A stretch of DNA of 64,000 nt, from positions 170,440,001-170,504,000 of the forward strand of contig CM059425.1 of NCBI GenBank assembly GCA_030390025.1. Reading direction: 5' to 3'. A program made the position numbers and the translations under genes. Below, in pieces: positions 1 to 10,840 of this stretch (the stretch's first letter is position 1; each line of letters begins with the position of its first letter). This DNA comes from Squalus acanthias (taxonomy: Eukaryota). The notes beneath the pieces are model-generated. The model saw only the letters and a list, made by a program, of their open reading frames with translations, made no database searches and was not told where the DNA came from.

Positions 1-530
1 ATTGCATCATTCATCCACATTAATCTGGAGTCGGGGGGGGAGAACACAAAATGCGGATGACACGACCCCAACCCGACCCCAAGACAAAATCCAGCCCATC
101 AACTCTGAGCAGAAGTTCCTTGAGCTGCAGACACTTACTGCAGATGTGGTTGCTATAGATCACACTGAGGTCCACCAGGTCCCATATGCTGCAGCTGCAA
201 CACATCTCCTGCCCTGCCATCTCTATTGTACTTATTTAACTAATCAGATTTTCAAGTTTTGAAATACTCAATTGTCTATTAATAGTTTTTAATCTAGGTA
301 ATAACCTTGTTTAATTTATTAAATTTATTTATATGCTTTAGGTCTTTACTGTAACTTAGCCCACAGTCCTAATTTAACCCTAGTTGTTTATATTTTTTTA
401 TGTATCAAGCAGCACCTCTTGCCCCCATCCCACCGAATTCCCTCACTCACCAAATTCCCGAGTTTAGTACTCTGTAGAAGCAGTACTCCGTCGAACTGTA
501 CTCCATGCTACTTACCTCCGTGCATTCGCA
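1..530 (-). mobile_element. CR1-type LINE 5' region (ORF1 N-terminal zinc-finger/leucine-zipper part), truncated by window edge
   Basis: Minus ORF 20..220 MAGQEMCCSCSIWDL...HICSKCLQLKELLLRV resembles the CR1 ORF1 N-terminus; similar sequence occurs at ~30650-30770 and ~56600-56760. Confidence 0.7.
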
Positions 531-689
531 AAAGCCTCTTGTTTTTATACCAGCAGAAAAAAAAAGGGTTAGGGTGCAGCATGTGTGGCCACTATAGGAG
601 GATGTTTGTGATGAAACCATATGGAGCTTGTGAGTGAGGAGAGGTTTGAGGGATTAGGGCTCAGGAATAGTTGTGGATGTGTAAGGAAG

Positions 690-1330
690 CTGGTGTGGCC
701 ACCTACCTCTAGGCAATATGTCCTCGGATCTGCCTGTGGCCACGGTGTCTGCCACTCCCTTCCCGATTACCGCCAGAACTGCCTCAAGGGGAGTGATCTC
801 ATGGAGTCGTGCTTCTCCTCCCCCGGCCAGGTCCTGCTGGAGCCGGTTATGGTATCTTTTCCTGGAAGAGAAAGAGTAGTAATTATGAACGAGTGTATTG
901 GCAGGTGTATTTGTATGGGTAATACCTCACATGGTTGAAGAGCTGTGAGATGGATCTGAGGTGTGAATAGTGCCTTTGAAGGAAACATTATTGTGCATAG
1001 TTAGATGGTGGATGCAGTGTGTTGAGGTTGTGATGCTGGTGGTGGTGCAGTTATTGAGAAGTGTGTTTGTGAGATGGGATCTTTCCTTGACCACTCACGT
1101 CAAATCATATTTTTTTGCAGCACTGGAGCTATGTCCTGGGGGCAGGGCTCCTAGTTATGACCACCTCGGCAATCTCCTCCCACATCCACCGCATCAACTG
1201 CCTCTGTGGCCTCCTTTCCCCCTGCAGGTACAGGACACCCCTCCTCCGCTGTACCTCCGCCACCAGGACCTCCAGTGCCACCTCTGAAAACCGGTGAGTC
1301 CTGTCCCTCGGTCCCTGAGTCATCCCGATA
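690..1330 (-). pseudogene. Decayed Harbinger Myb/SANT-like gene remnant (exon 1 and exon 2 homologues)
   Basis: HRFSEVALEVLVAEVQRRRGVLY...WEEIAEVVITRSPAPRT (1129-1323) matches exon 1 of the intact Myb gene at 6605-6841; ~720-860 reads RYHNRLQQDLAGGGEARLHEITPLE, like exon 2. Confidence 0.75.
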
Positions 1331-1589
1331 TGTGCCGTTGTCTGTCAGCCAGCTCACTCCACACCTTCAGTGGAAGTGTGTGCGTGGAGGCTACGTATAC
1401 CATTCCAGGAAAATTGCTTCTAATCAGCGCTTGAGTGCAAGTCTTGGTTTAGCGCCTCAAGGCACTTTTAAATCATGGTGATCAGCAATTAGCCCCAAAA
1501 TTGCGGGCTTAAACCAGACTTTTAAAGAGGCGTGTCTTATTAGCACAGCACCCACTTCGCACCTGTTTTCACCCTTTCCCCCAAATAAC

Positions 1590-1697
1590 CTCCAAACTCT
1601 GTTTCTCTCCCCACAGATGCTGCCTGACCTGCTGAGTATTTCCAGCATTTTCTATTTTTATTTCAGATTTCCAGCATCCACAGTATTTTGCTTTTTT
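1590..1697 (+). repeat. Short interspersed repeat, probably derived from a Penelope-like element terminus
   Basis: actctgtttctctccccacagatgctgcctgacctgctgagtatttccagca also occurs at ~25605-25705. Confidence 0.55.
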
Positions 1698-1699
1698 AA

Positions 1700-1752
1700 T
1701 TAGTCCTGGCCTCTGGATTACTAGTCCAGTAACATAACCACTACACTACCAT
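1700..1752 (-). mobile_element. tRNA-like SINE head fragment
   Basis: Reverse complement of gtagcatagtggttatgttactggactagtaatccagaggcc seen at 22545 and 46697. Confidence 0.6.
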
Positions 1753-3476
1753 TGAAAACAGGCATAATCTTACCTATTTTTAAAGCATGGATACAGACCT
1801 TTTACATTAGATTTGTGGAAGACAGTAACAGCCAAAGCCAGTGGTTAAAGAGTGGATAAACAAGTTATTATTAGTAATATCGCAAGCACATTCATACCCA
1901 GCGGACACAGCAATGGCTTGCTACCAAAATGTCACTCATGGACCCTACCAACCAAAACTTCTTTATTGTAGATGTCAAAATGATCCATTTAGAAAAGAGA
2001 TTTATTGGTATTTCTTATCAAGAGGCCTAGTAGTGGGCTGAATTACTCATTTTTTTAATGGAATAATCTCAGCTGCAGCAATCCTGGACGTGGATGGAAG
2101 CTGTTATTAAGGCACTTGCCATCATATCTCTTCCACATAATATCGAGGGCACTAACAATCACATGAATAGAGGGAGAACAATGCCTTCATGTGTTTTGCT
2201 GTGAACTTTCTCATGCTTGACAAATGAGCAGTTTTCTCTACATAGTGGTAAGGCTAATTTGTTTTACTTGACAATAGTTTTAATACCACTTTTCCTTTGT
2301 TTAAAACAAAGCTATTTGGTTCCTTTCATCTTTTTAAACAGCTCACTCCATCAGGGGAGAAAAATAATCTAAAGGTTAAAAGTGATGACCAGAGGGATGA
2401 ACAAAATGAAAGCTGAAGCAGCCTAGAGTAATTAAAATGTGGCAGTGGGTCCACTGGATGATTTGCATTTACAATTTTAGAATACCATTTGTCTGTGCTG
2501 GAAAAGATAAAGCTCAGCTCCATGAGATAGTTTAGCATCGATACAAGATGCTGAGTTTTCTCGTTATTGTTGTAACATTGTTCTAGTGCATACGAAATGT
2601 ATAGAGGTAGTTAGGTTATAATCCATATCTCCAATAGGTAGGCCATACCACTTTATTTTATTGCTGCCCAGCTCACTGTGTAGAATATATCATATAAATA
2701 TATATATATAAAAAATATTTTTTTATATAAGTAAAAGATAGCCAAAGAAAGACATACAACCATTACCGGATTCATCATAGTATAACATTGCATTTTTTTG
2801 CTGTATTTGGATGAATGGAAATATCTGTGCTCATGGTCACAGGCTGCCTGCTACATTTTGAGTAATCAAACATAAATAGAGATTATGATCAGATTTCTAT
2901 GGTATAATAGACTGAGAATTTTTACACTCCTGACAGGGGGATATAGAAAGTAAATGAAAGACACTGGAAGAGGCTTCATAGAATCATAGGGGTAAAAATT
3001 CAGTTGGTTGCGCCTCCCGTTAGCGCCTTAAATGGGCGCTAATGGGGCGTTAAGGCGCTAACGCCCGGGCGCGGCGCTGTTTGCGCCGCTCGAGAACTTA
3101 ACTTGAGATTGTGCGGCGGCGCTAAAACTTACCGCTGCGACCACCTGCGCGCGCAGATTGTGACGTCAGTCCGTGGTGCAACGCCCTTGGGGCGCCCCGG
3201 AGCGGAAATTGAGTGGCGCCCCCTGCCTTACCGCCTGCCGCTTCCAACGACCGGAAGACTGGAACGTTATCAATCGGTCTGGGGCTGGGGGGGGCGCTAT
3301 TTAAAGGGGGCCTCTTCCTGTCTTTTTCTGTGGTCGACATTTATGCACCACTCGTTCTGAGAGAGAGAGAGACTTCTACATTGACTCAACGCTTTGTGAG
3401 GTAGTTTTGCCTAGTTCATCCTAACTTTGCTGCTACTTTCGTTGCTGTACCTCATTACTTTTCTGGCAAAGAGAAG

Positions 3477-4637
3477 ATGGGGGCTGCAATGATTGGGGGC
3501 GTCGTCCTGCTCCAGCTCAATCGGAGCAGAGTGAGACGCAGACAGAGAGTGGCAATGATGGCCAGACGGAGGAGGCCCATCAGGCGCATGTACAGGAGAG
3601 CTTACCCTCCCAGGGTATATCGTGAACAGCTCTCCTACATCCACATGTCCGAGGAGCTGTGTTTGCGAAGGCTGCGATTCAGCAAGGAGGTGGTCACTGA
3701 GCTCTGCCACCTGCTGCAGCCAGATCTGCAGCCTCAGCTGAGGTCCAGGACGTCTCTGTCGGTGGCAGTGAAGGTCACAGTGGCCTTGAACTTCTACGCC
3801 ACTGGCTCATTCCAAGCTGCTGTTGGGGACCTCGCCAATATCTCCCAGTTTGCGGTGCATCGCTGCATCCGGCAGGTCACCAATGCCCTCTTCACAAGGA
3901 GACGAGACTTCATCTCCTTCCCTATGACCCCAGACAAGCAGCATGACCGTGCTATGGGCTTTGCGAGGGTAGCGGGCTTCCCCATGGTGCAGGGCGCCAT
4001 TGACTGCACGCATGTGGCTTTGCGTGCTCCGCGAGAGAATGCAGAGGAGTTCCGGAACAGAAAAGGGTTCCATTCCTTGAATGTGCAGTTGGTCTGTGAC
4101 CACAGACAGGTGATTCTCGCTGTCAATGCCCACTATCCGGGCAGCTGCCACGATGCTTTCATCCTGCGCCAGAGTACTGTGGCAGAAATTTTCGAGGCAC
4201 CGCATCAGCCAGTCGGTTGGCTTCTGGGGGACAAGGGGTACGCATTGAGCACCTGGCTGATGACACCGCTCCGTGCGCCAAACACCCCTGCTGAGCTGCG
4301 GTACCAGGAAAGCCAACAAGCAACGAGGAACATTATTGAGCGCACAATCGGCGTGCTCAAACAACGATTCCGCTGTCTGGACCATTCCGGAGGAGCCCTG
4401 CAGTACTCGCCTGAGCAAGTTTCCAAATTCGTAGTGGTGTGCTGCATGTTGCACAACATGGCAATCCTCAGGACGCAGCCAATGCCACCAGGCCTTGCAG
4501 CACCACAAGAGGAGGAGGAGGAAGAGGAGGAACTGGCCGAGGACGATGATCAGCAGCAGCACCAAGGCAGGAGGGCGGCCCACAATGGTCAAACTGCAAG
4601 GGCCGTCCGTCAACGACTAATAGCAAGCCGCTTCTAG
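3477..4637 (+). CDS. Harbinger (HARBI1-like) DDE transposase, 386 aa, uninterrupted
   Basis: GAIDCTHV, NRKGFHSLNVQLVCD, YPGSCHDAFIL, WLLGDKGY and [18 protein letters not shown] motifs of the DDE_Tnp_4/HARBI1 family. Confidence 0.95.
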   Translation: MGAAMIGGVVLLQLNRSRVRRRQRVAMMARRRRPIRRMYRRAYPPRVYREQLSYIHMSEELCLRRLRFSKEVVTELCHLLQPDLQPQLRSRTSLSVAVKVTVALNFYATGSFQAAVGDLANISQFAVHRCIRQVTNALFTRRRDFISFPMTPDKQHDRAMGFARVAGFPMVQGAIDCTHVALRAPRENAEEFRNRKGFHSLNVQLVCDHRQVILAVNAHYPGSCHDAFILRQSTVAEIFEAPHQPVGWLLGDKGYALSTWLMTPLRAPNTPAELRYQESQQATRNIIERTIGVLKQRFRCLDHSGGALQYSPEQVSKFVVVCCMLHNMAILRTQPMPPGLAAPQEEEEEEEELAEDDDQQQHQGRRAAHNGQTARAVRQRLIASRF

Positions 4638-4931
4638 GGCCCCTGCCAGTGCTACAAACACGAATCAACCCAGCACGCAACCCCTAAGCCGGCCAAGGCA
4701 CCAATAATTCCAACCACCAGCCATGTATATTTTGAATACAGAAACTTATTTATTGTACAAACTCTGTGTGTGTCAATTCCTCATGACAAACTCATAGAAA
4801 TAAACACAAAAAAACAGTCAATAACATAACTGGTTCTCACAACCTGGAGATAATGTCCAAAACACTAAACAAAAGTTGGGCCATGAACCTCGGCCTTTAA
4901 TAAAAAAATGACCAGCATTTTGGCACACCTC

Positions 4932-6841
4932 CTACTTTTTGCCCTTCGAGGGTGATCTCCTTCCCTTGCGCACTTCCCCCCTTCTAACCCTACTGCTCCT
5001 CCGTAATGGGACCTCAGTGGCTGCAGCAAGGCTGGTGGAAGGCTGCTGCTTGTCAGACCCTGACACTGCAGATGCCCCTGAAGGACGGCCTCGACCACTT
5101 CTGGGCCTGGAGGGCCCGGCTGCAGACTGCACCAACTCTGCATGGGCGGCAGCAGTCTGTCCTACAGGCGGTGGCAAGTGCAGTGGAGAAGTGACAGTGT
5201 TGGCAGCAGGAATGCTGTCATCGTGAGAGAGGACAGCAACTCCCTGCTCGCCCGACACACTGGCACACCCACGGGGCAGCACTTCAGCATCCGGAGCAAT
5301 TTGCCTGAGAACAGATTGCTGGCCTGCTGCGGCGCGGTGACAGCCCCGGGGACATGTGCACGAACCATCGAGGATGGCAGCAGTCAGTGCTCGCGTGGCC
5401 TCAATCTGAGTCTGCATGAGAGCAGGCTCAGATGGGTTCCTGGCAGCCAGTGACTGAATTGCAGCAGTAAGCTTTAGTGTGGCATCCGCCTGTGCTACAG
5501 CGAAGTGCTCCACACTCCTTGCCAGTGCCTCAATGCATTCGGGCACCCTTCCCACTGCACCCATGAGCTCAGTGTGCATGACCACCGCCTGGCTGTTCAT
5601 TTCTGCAATCAGCCGCTCCTCCTCTGCGTCCATTGCATTAGGAGTGTCTGGCATACTCTCCCTCTGGGGAGAAGGCTCCCGTTCTTCCCTCCCCCCCCCA
5701 TGGCGTTGCTGCAGCCCGCTGGGTCCTGGAACTTCACCATCATCAGCCCCTTCCCCCCTGCTCCCCCGTTCTTCCCTCCCCCCCCCATGGCGTTGCTGCA
5801 GCCCGCTGGGTCCTGGAACTTCACCATCATCAGCCCCTTCCCCCCTGCTCCCCTCCGGGGAAGGCGTGTTCCCAGTGTGGCCATGGGCTTCCTCGGGAGA
5901 GGGTGGCACTGATGCTCCGGCTTCCTCTTCCTCCTCAGCTGCAGCATCACTCCCAGTGGCAGCTTCAGGGACCATCTCCTCAGCTGGTGAATCACCATCT
6001 GAAAGCAGGGAGGTACAAGAGTGGCTTTAGCGTGAGGACAGGGTGGCAGTAAGGGAGGAATAAGTGCAGCGAGTTAGCAAGTTGGATTGAAAGTGTCAAA
6101 GGCTGGTATTGTGAGGGACAAGTGGAAGGACAGAGGACAAAAAGGTGATGACCTTACCATTGCTGTCCACAACGGGGTCGGCGTCTCCAGTGGCGACGGG
6201 ACCGATCACCCGGCTTGCCACAATCCTGTGGACGCGCTCCTCCAGATCGCTGAGGGGTTGCAGCTGAAGCCGCCCTCCACCCGTCCGTTGCTGCTGTCTC
6301 CGATTATGAGCCAGCTTAGCCTGCAAGAAAAAGGACAGCATCTGAGTCAATATACAGCCATGGTCTTGCCTGATGTGCCTCCCATAGGTGAATAGCCCTT
6401 ACAATATACAGCCATGGTCTTGCCTGATGTGCCTCCCATAGGTGAATAGCCCTTACTGTATGCAAAGTGTGGAATGTGTGTGTGTGTTTGATGAAAGGGC
6501 CATAGGTGTTGGATGAGTGTTGTGCATTGGGGTTTTAAGACCCTCTGGCCATAGAGTGAGGTTGAGATGGAGGGATGGAGAGGTATTGAGAAAAAGCCAC
6601 TCACCGTGACGACCCGAGTGAGGTCGTTGAACTTTTTGCGGCACTGGACATGGGTCCTGGGCACCATGCTCCTGGAGGAGACGCTCTGAGCCACCTCCCT
6701 CCACACTCTTCTGAACTCGCGTGGCAAAGGCCTCCTGCCACTCTCTGGGAACAGCATGCATCGTCTGCGCTCCACTGCGTCAACCAGAGCATCCAAGGCC
6801 TGCTCGGTGAAGCGATGAGCGCGTTCTCTCACCCTCTCCAT
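4932..6841 (-). CDS. Harbinger Myb/SANT-like DNA-binding protein (NAIF1-like N-terminus); 3 exons 6841-6605, 6320-6158, 5998-4932; 488 aa
   Basis: Exon 1 reads RFTEQALDALVDAVERRR..LFP..WREVAQSVSSRSMVPRTHVQCRKKFNDL. GTGAGT/CAG and GTAAGG/CAG introns (phase 0 and 1) join 237+163+1067=1467 nt in frame; exon 2 boundaries are conserved in the other copies. Confidence 0.88.
5677..5852. repeat. In-frame 87-bp tandem duplication in Myb-gene exon 3
   Basis: Peptide GSRGEGADDGEVPGPSGLQQRHGGGREER occurs twice. Confidence 0.9.
6348..6455. repeat. 54-bp perfect tandem duplication in Myb-gene intron 1
   Basis: caatatacagccatggtcttgcctgatgtgcctcccataggtgaatagccctta x2. Confidence 0.9.
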
Positions 6842-7198
6842 GCTTGGCAGCAAAATGGATTACAGGTCTCTCCAGGCTGAGATTCAAGGCTGCAATGAGC
6901 AGGGTGTGGCTGGGGAGCAAGTGGCCCCCCCCGCTTTAAGAAGTGTCCGGCGCCAGTGTGTCTGTGTTCCCTCGCTAACTGGCAGCAGCTGCGCTACGCT
7001 CGTGCGCTGAGTTAGCGCCTCACTCCTAGGCCTTTGCGCCTTAAGAGAGGTGTGCAGCGCCTAATTTAGCGCTCCACTCACCTCCCGGGGCGGTAAAAGT
7101 GAAGTTTCCTGTCAGTGCCGATAATTAGCGCCAGGCGCTAATATTTGCGCGCGGACGATATTTGCGCCCCAAATGGGGCGCGACCTAATTTCTACCCC

Positions 7199-10100
7199 AT
7201 AGAATCATACAGCACAGAAGGACATTCGGTCAATCGTGCCTGTGCCGGCTCTTTGGTAGTACGATCCAATTAGTCCCACTCCCCTGCTCTTTCCCCATAG
7301 CCCTGTAAATGTTTTCCCTTCAAGTATTTATCCAATTCCCTTTTGAAAGTTACTATTGAATCTTCTTCCACCACCCTTTCAGGCAGTGCATTCCAGATCA
7401 CAACTCGCTGTGTAAAAAAATATTTCCTCATGTCGCCTCTGGTTCTTTTGCCAATCATCTTAAATCTGTGTCTTTTGGTTACCGACCCTTCTGCCATTGG
7501 AAACATTTTCTGATTATTTACTCTATCAAAACTGATCATGATTTTGAGTAACTCTATCAAATCTCCTCTTAACCTTCTCTGCTCTAAGGAGAACAATCCC
7601 AGCTTCTCCAGTCTCTCCACATGACTGATGTCCCTCATCCCTGGTACCATTCGAGTAAATCTCTTCTGCACCCTCTCCAAGGCCTTGACATTCTTCCTAA
7701 AATGTGATACCCAGAATTGAACACAATATTCCTCCTTGCTTTTGTACTCTATTCCTCTATTCATAAAGCCAAGGATCCCATATGCTTTCTTAACAGCCTT
7801 CTCAAATTGTCCTGCCACCCACCTTCAAAGATTTATGTACGTACACTCCCAGGTTTCTCTGTTCCTGTACCCCCTTTAAAATTGTACCATTTAGTTCATA
7901 TTGCCTCTCCTCATTCTTCCTACCAAAATATATCACTTCACACTTCTCTGCGTTAAATTTCATCTGCCATGTGTCTGCCCATTTCACCAGTCAGTCTATG
8001 TTCTCCTGAAGTCTGTTACTATCCTCCTCATTGTTTACTACATTTCCAAGTTCCATGCCATTTGAAATTATGCCCTGTAAGCCTAAGTTCAGGTCATCAA
8101 TATATATCAAAAAGAGTAGTGATCCTAATACAGACCCTGGGGAACACCACTGTATACTTCCCTCCAGTCTGAAAAACAACCAGTCACCACTATTCTCTGT
8201 TTTCTGTCCCTTAGCCAATTTTGTATCCATGCTGCCTCTGTCCTTTTAATCCCATGGGCTTTAATTTTGCTAACAAGTCTATTATGTGGTACTTTGTCAA
8301 ACACCTTTTGAAAGTCCATATGCACAACATCAACCGCACTACCCTCATCAACCTTCTCCGTCACTTCATCAAAGAACTCAATCAAGTTAGTCAAACACAA
8401 TTTGCCTTTAACAAATCCGTGCTGACTTTAATTTATTAGCCCATATTTTCCAGGTGAATGTAAAAGATGTTGGCACTCTTCAAAGAACAGGAAGCTCCCC
8501 TGGTGTCCTGGCCAACATTTAATTTTGTCCCAGATTATTGTCTCTAAAGGTTTCCCCACCAATGTTAGACTGACTGGTAGGTAGTTGCCGGGTTTATCCC
8601 TCTACCCTTTTTTATTTAAACAGGGGTGTAACATTTGCAATCCTCCATATCCAAGGAGGATTGGAAGATTGTGGCCAGAGCCTTGGCAATTTTCACCCTT
8701 AATTCCCTCAGTAACCTAGGATTCAACCCATCCGAACTGGGTGACTTTTCTACTTTGAGGACTGCCAACCTTTTAAGTACCTCTGGCTGGAGAGTCTAGA
8801 ACTAGGGGTCATAGTCTCAGGATAAGGGGGCAGCCATTTAGGACTGAGATGAGGAGAAACTTCTTCACTCGAGGGTTGTGAATCTTTGGAATTCTCTACC
8901 CCAGAGGCTGTAAATGCTCAGTCGATTACTATATTCAAGACGGAGATCGATAGATTTTAAGGCACTAAGAGAATCAAGGGATATGGGGATAGGCCAGCAA
9001 AATGGAGTTGATGTAGAAGTTTAGTCATAATCTTATTGAATGGCGGAGCAGGCTCAATGGGCCATATGGTGTATTCCTGCTTCTAATTCTTATGTTCTTA
9101 TGACCTCCTCTTTATGTATTTTTTATCTTATCTGATATCGCTACTGCCTCATCCTTTGCTGCTACAGTGACAGCATCCTTTTCTCTAGTGAAGATTGATG
9201 CAAAATGCTCATTTAGTACCTCTGCCTCCACAAGAAGGTTCCTAATCAGCCGATCCTTCCACTATTTGTGTTTATAAAAGACTTTTGGTTTCCCTTTTAT
9301 GTTAGATGCTAATCTATTCTCATACTCTCTCTTTGCCCCTCTTATTCCCTTTTTTAGATCTCCTCTGTACTTTCTATATTAAGCTTGGTACTCTAATGTA
9401 TTATTAATCTTACATTTGTAAGATCCAGCCTCCTTTTATTGTCTCATTTTAACCTCTATATCTTTTGTCATCCATGGAGCTATAGCTCTTTGGAGGCACT
9501 TCCTTTCCTTCTCATGGGAATGTGTCTACTCTGTACCTGAACCATCTCCTCTTTGAAGGCCTCCTATTGGTAAATTACTGTTTTGCCTAGCAACTTTTGA
9601 TTCCAATCCACCTGGGCCAGATCCCTTTTCAACTCACTGAAGTTAGCCTTCCTCAAATTAAGTATTTTTAAGCTTGATTGTTCCTTGTCCTTTTCCATAA
9701 CTATTCAAAACATAATGTTATGATCACTGTTCCCCAAATGCTCTCCCACTGAAACATGCTCCAGTTGCTCCACTTCATTCCCAAGAATTAGATCCAGTAC
9801 TGCTTCCTTCCTTGTTGGGCTGAAACAACACTGATCAGGAAAGTTCTCTTGTATACATTTCAGGAATTCCTCCCCCTTTTTGCCCTTTATACTGTTACTA
9901 TCACAGTATATATTAGGATAATTGAAATCTCCTATTATCACTACTCTGTAGTTTTTGCATCTTTCTGTAATTTTCCTGCAAATTTCTCCTCTATCTCCTT
10001 CCTACTATTTGGTGGCCTATTGTACACACCCAGGAGCATAATAACTCCTCTATTGTTCCTTAATTCTAACCAAATAGACTCTGTCTTTGACCCCTCAGCT

Positions 10101-10445
10101 ACATCATCCCTCTCCAGTGCTAGAATAGATTCTTTGATCAATACTACCACCCTCCTCCTTTACCTTCCCAATCTTTCCTGAATACCTTGTAGCCAGGAAT
10201 ATTAAGTTCCCAATCCTCCCCTTCTTTGAGCCAGGTCTCTGTTATTGCCACTATACCATAATCCCATGTGGTGACTTGTGCCTGCAGCTCACCAACCTTA
10301 TTTACCACGCTATGTGCATAATCGCACAAAATCCAAACCCACCTTAGACTGCCTCACATTTGTCCCTGTCTGATCCCTCCTATTTCTGCACTATATTTTA
10401 TTTTAGTGTTATTTGTCTCTCCCGGTCCTCTGTGCACCTTCTGGG
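7199..10445 (-). mobile_element. CR1/HER1-like LINE (endonuclease + RT, decayed)
   Basis: Minus ORF fragments YGIVAITETWL, IIGDFNYPNI, CLTNLIEFF..VDVVHMDFQKVFDKVPH, WQMKFNAEKC, LERVQKRFTRMVPG; (ATTCTATG)n 3' tail. Confidence 0.92.
8784..9102 (+). mobile_element. CR1 3'-end fragment nested in the older CR1, opposite orientation
   Basis: RTRGHSLRIRG..FRTEMRRNFFT coding remnant, ttcttatg tail, ACCTC duplication on both sides. Confidence 0.8.
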
Positions 10446-10480
10446 TGCTATCGTGCTGAGATGTACATGGAAAGAAGAAA

Positions 10481-10840
10481 GGTTGTGATTTCATAGCTCC
10501 GCTCCAGGTTGTGATTTCATAGCTCCACTCCAGGTTGTGATTTCATAGCTCCACTCCAGGTTGTGATTTCATAGCTCCACTCCAGGTTGTGATTTCATAG
10601 CTCCACTCCAGGTTGTGATTTCATAGCTCCACTCCAGGTTGTGATTTCATAGCTCCACTCCAGGTTGTGATTTCATAGCTCCACTCCAGGTTGTGATTTC
10701 ATAGCTCCACTCCAGGTTGTGATTTCATAGCTCCACTCCAGGTTGTGATTTCATAGCTCCACTCCAGGTTGTGATTTCATAGCTCCACTCCAGGTTGTGA
10801 TTTCATAGCTCCACTCCAGGTTGTGATTTCGTAGGTCCAC
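10481..10840 (+). repeat. 26-bp minisatellite (ggttgtgatttcatagctccactcca), 13 full units plus a diverged 14th
   Basis: Units start every 26 bp from 10481 to 10819; no spacers. Confidence 0.97.

Larger units (their letters stand above)
2989..7198 (+). mobile_element. Full-length, apparently intact PIF/Harbinger DNA transposon (copy H1)
   Basis: TIRs GGGGTAAAAATT / AATTTCTACCCC (11/12 match); 3-bp TSD ATA (2986-2988, 7199-7201); intact transposase plus convergent Myb-like gene; inserted in the (CATAGAAT)n tail of a CR1. Confidence 0.95.

Noticed and set aside
2342..2416. Possible plus-strand terminal coding exon (LTPSGEKNNLKVKSDDQRDEQNES*) after a good acceptor
   Set aside because: No compatible upstream exon found and the peptide is not recognised
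3477..4637. Domesticated host gene HARBI1
   Set aside because: The ORF sits between TIRs with a TSD, has a partner Myb gene and has several decayed paralogues nearby, so it is a transposon gene
5078..5100. AT-hook (RGRP) in the Myb protein tail
   Set aside because: Other copies read RGC at this position, so conservation is not supported, although CpG decay could explain the change
3794..6030. Long antisense/alternative-frame ORFs (e.g. 3807..4613 minus, 5479..6030 plus)
   Set aside because: Shadow ORFs of GC-rich coding sequence with no recognisable motifs
10481..10840. CRISPR-like array of 26-bp repeats
   Set aside because: Units are head-to-tail with no spacers, there are no cas genes, and the context is eukaryotic; it is a minisatellite
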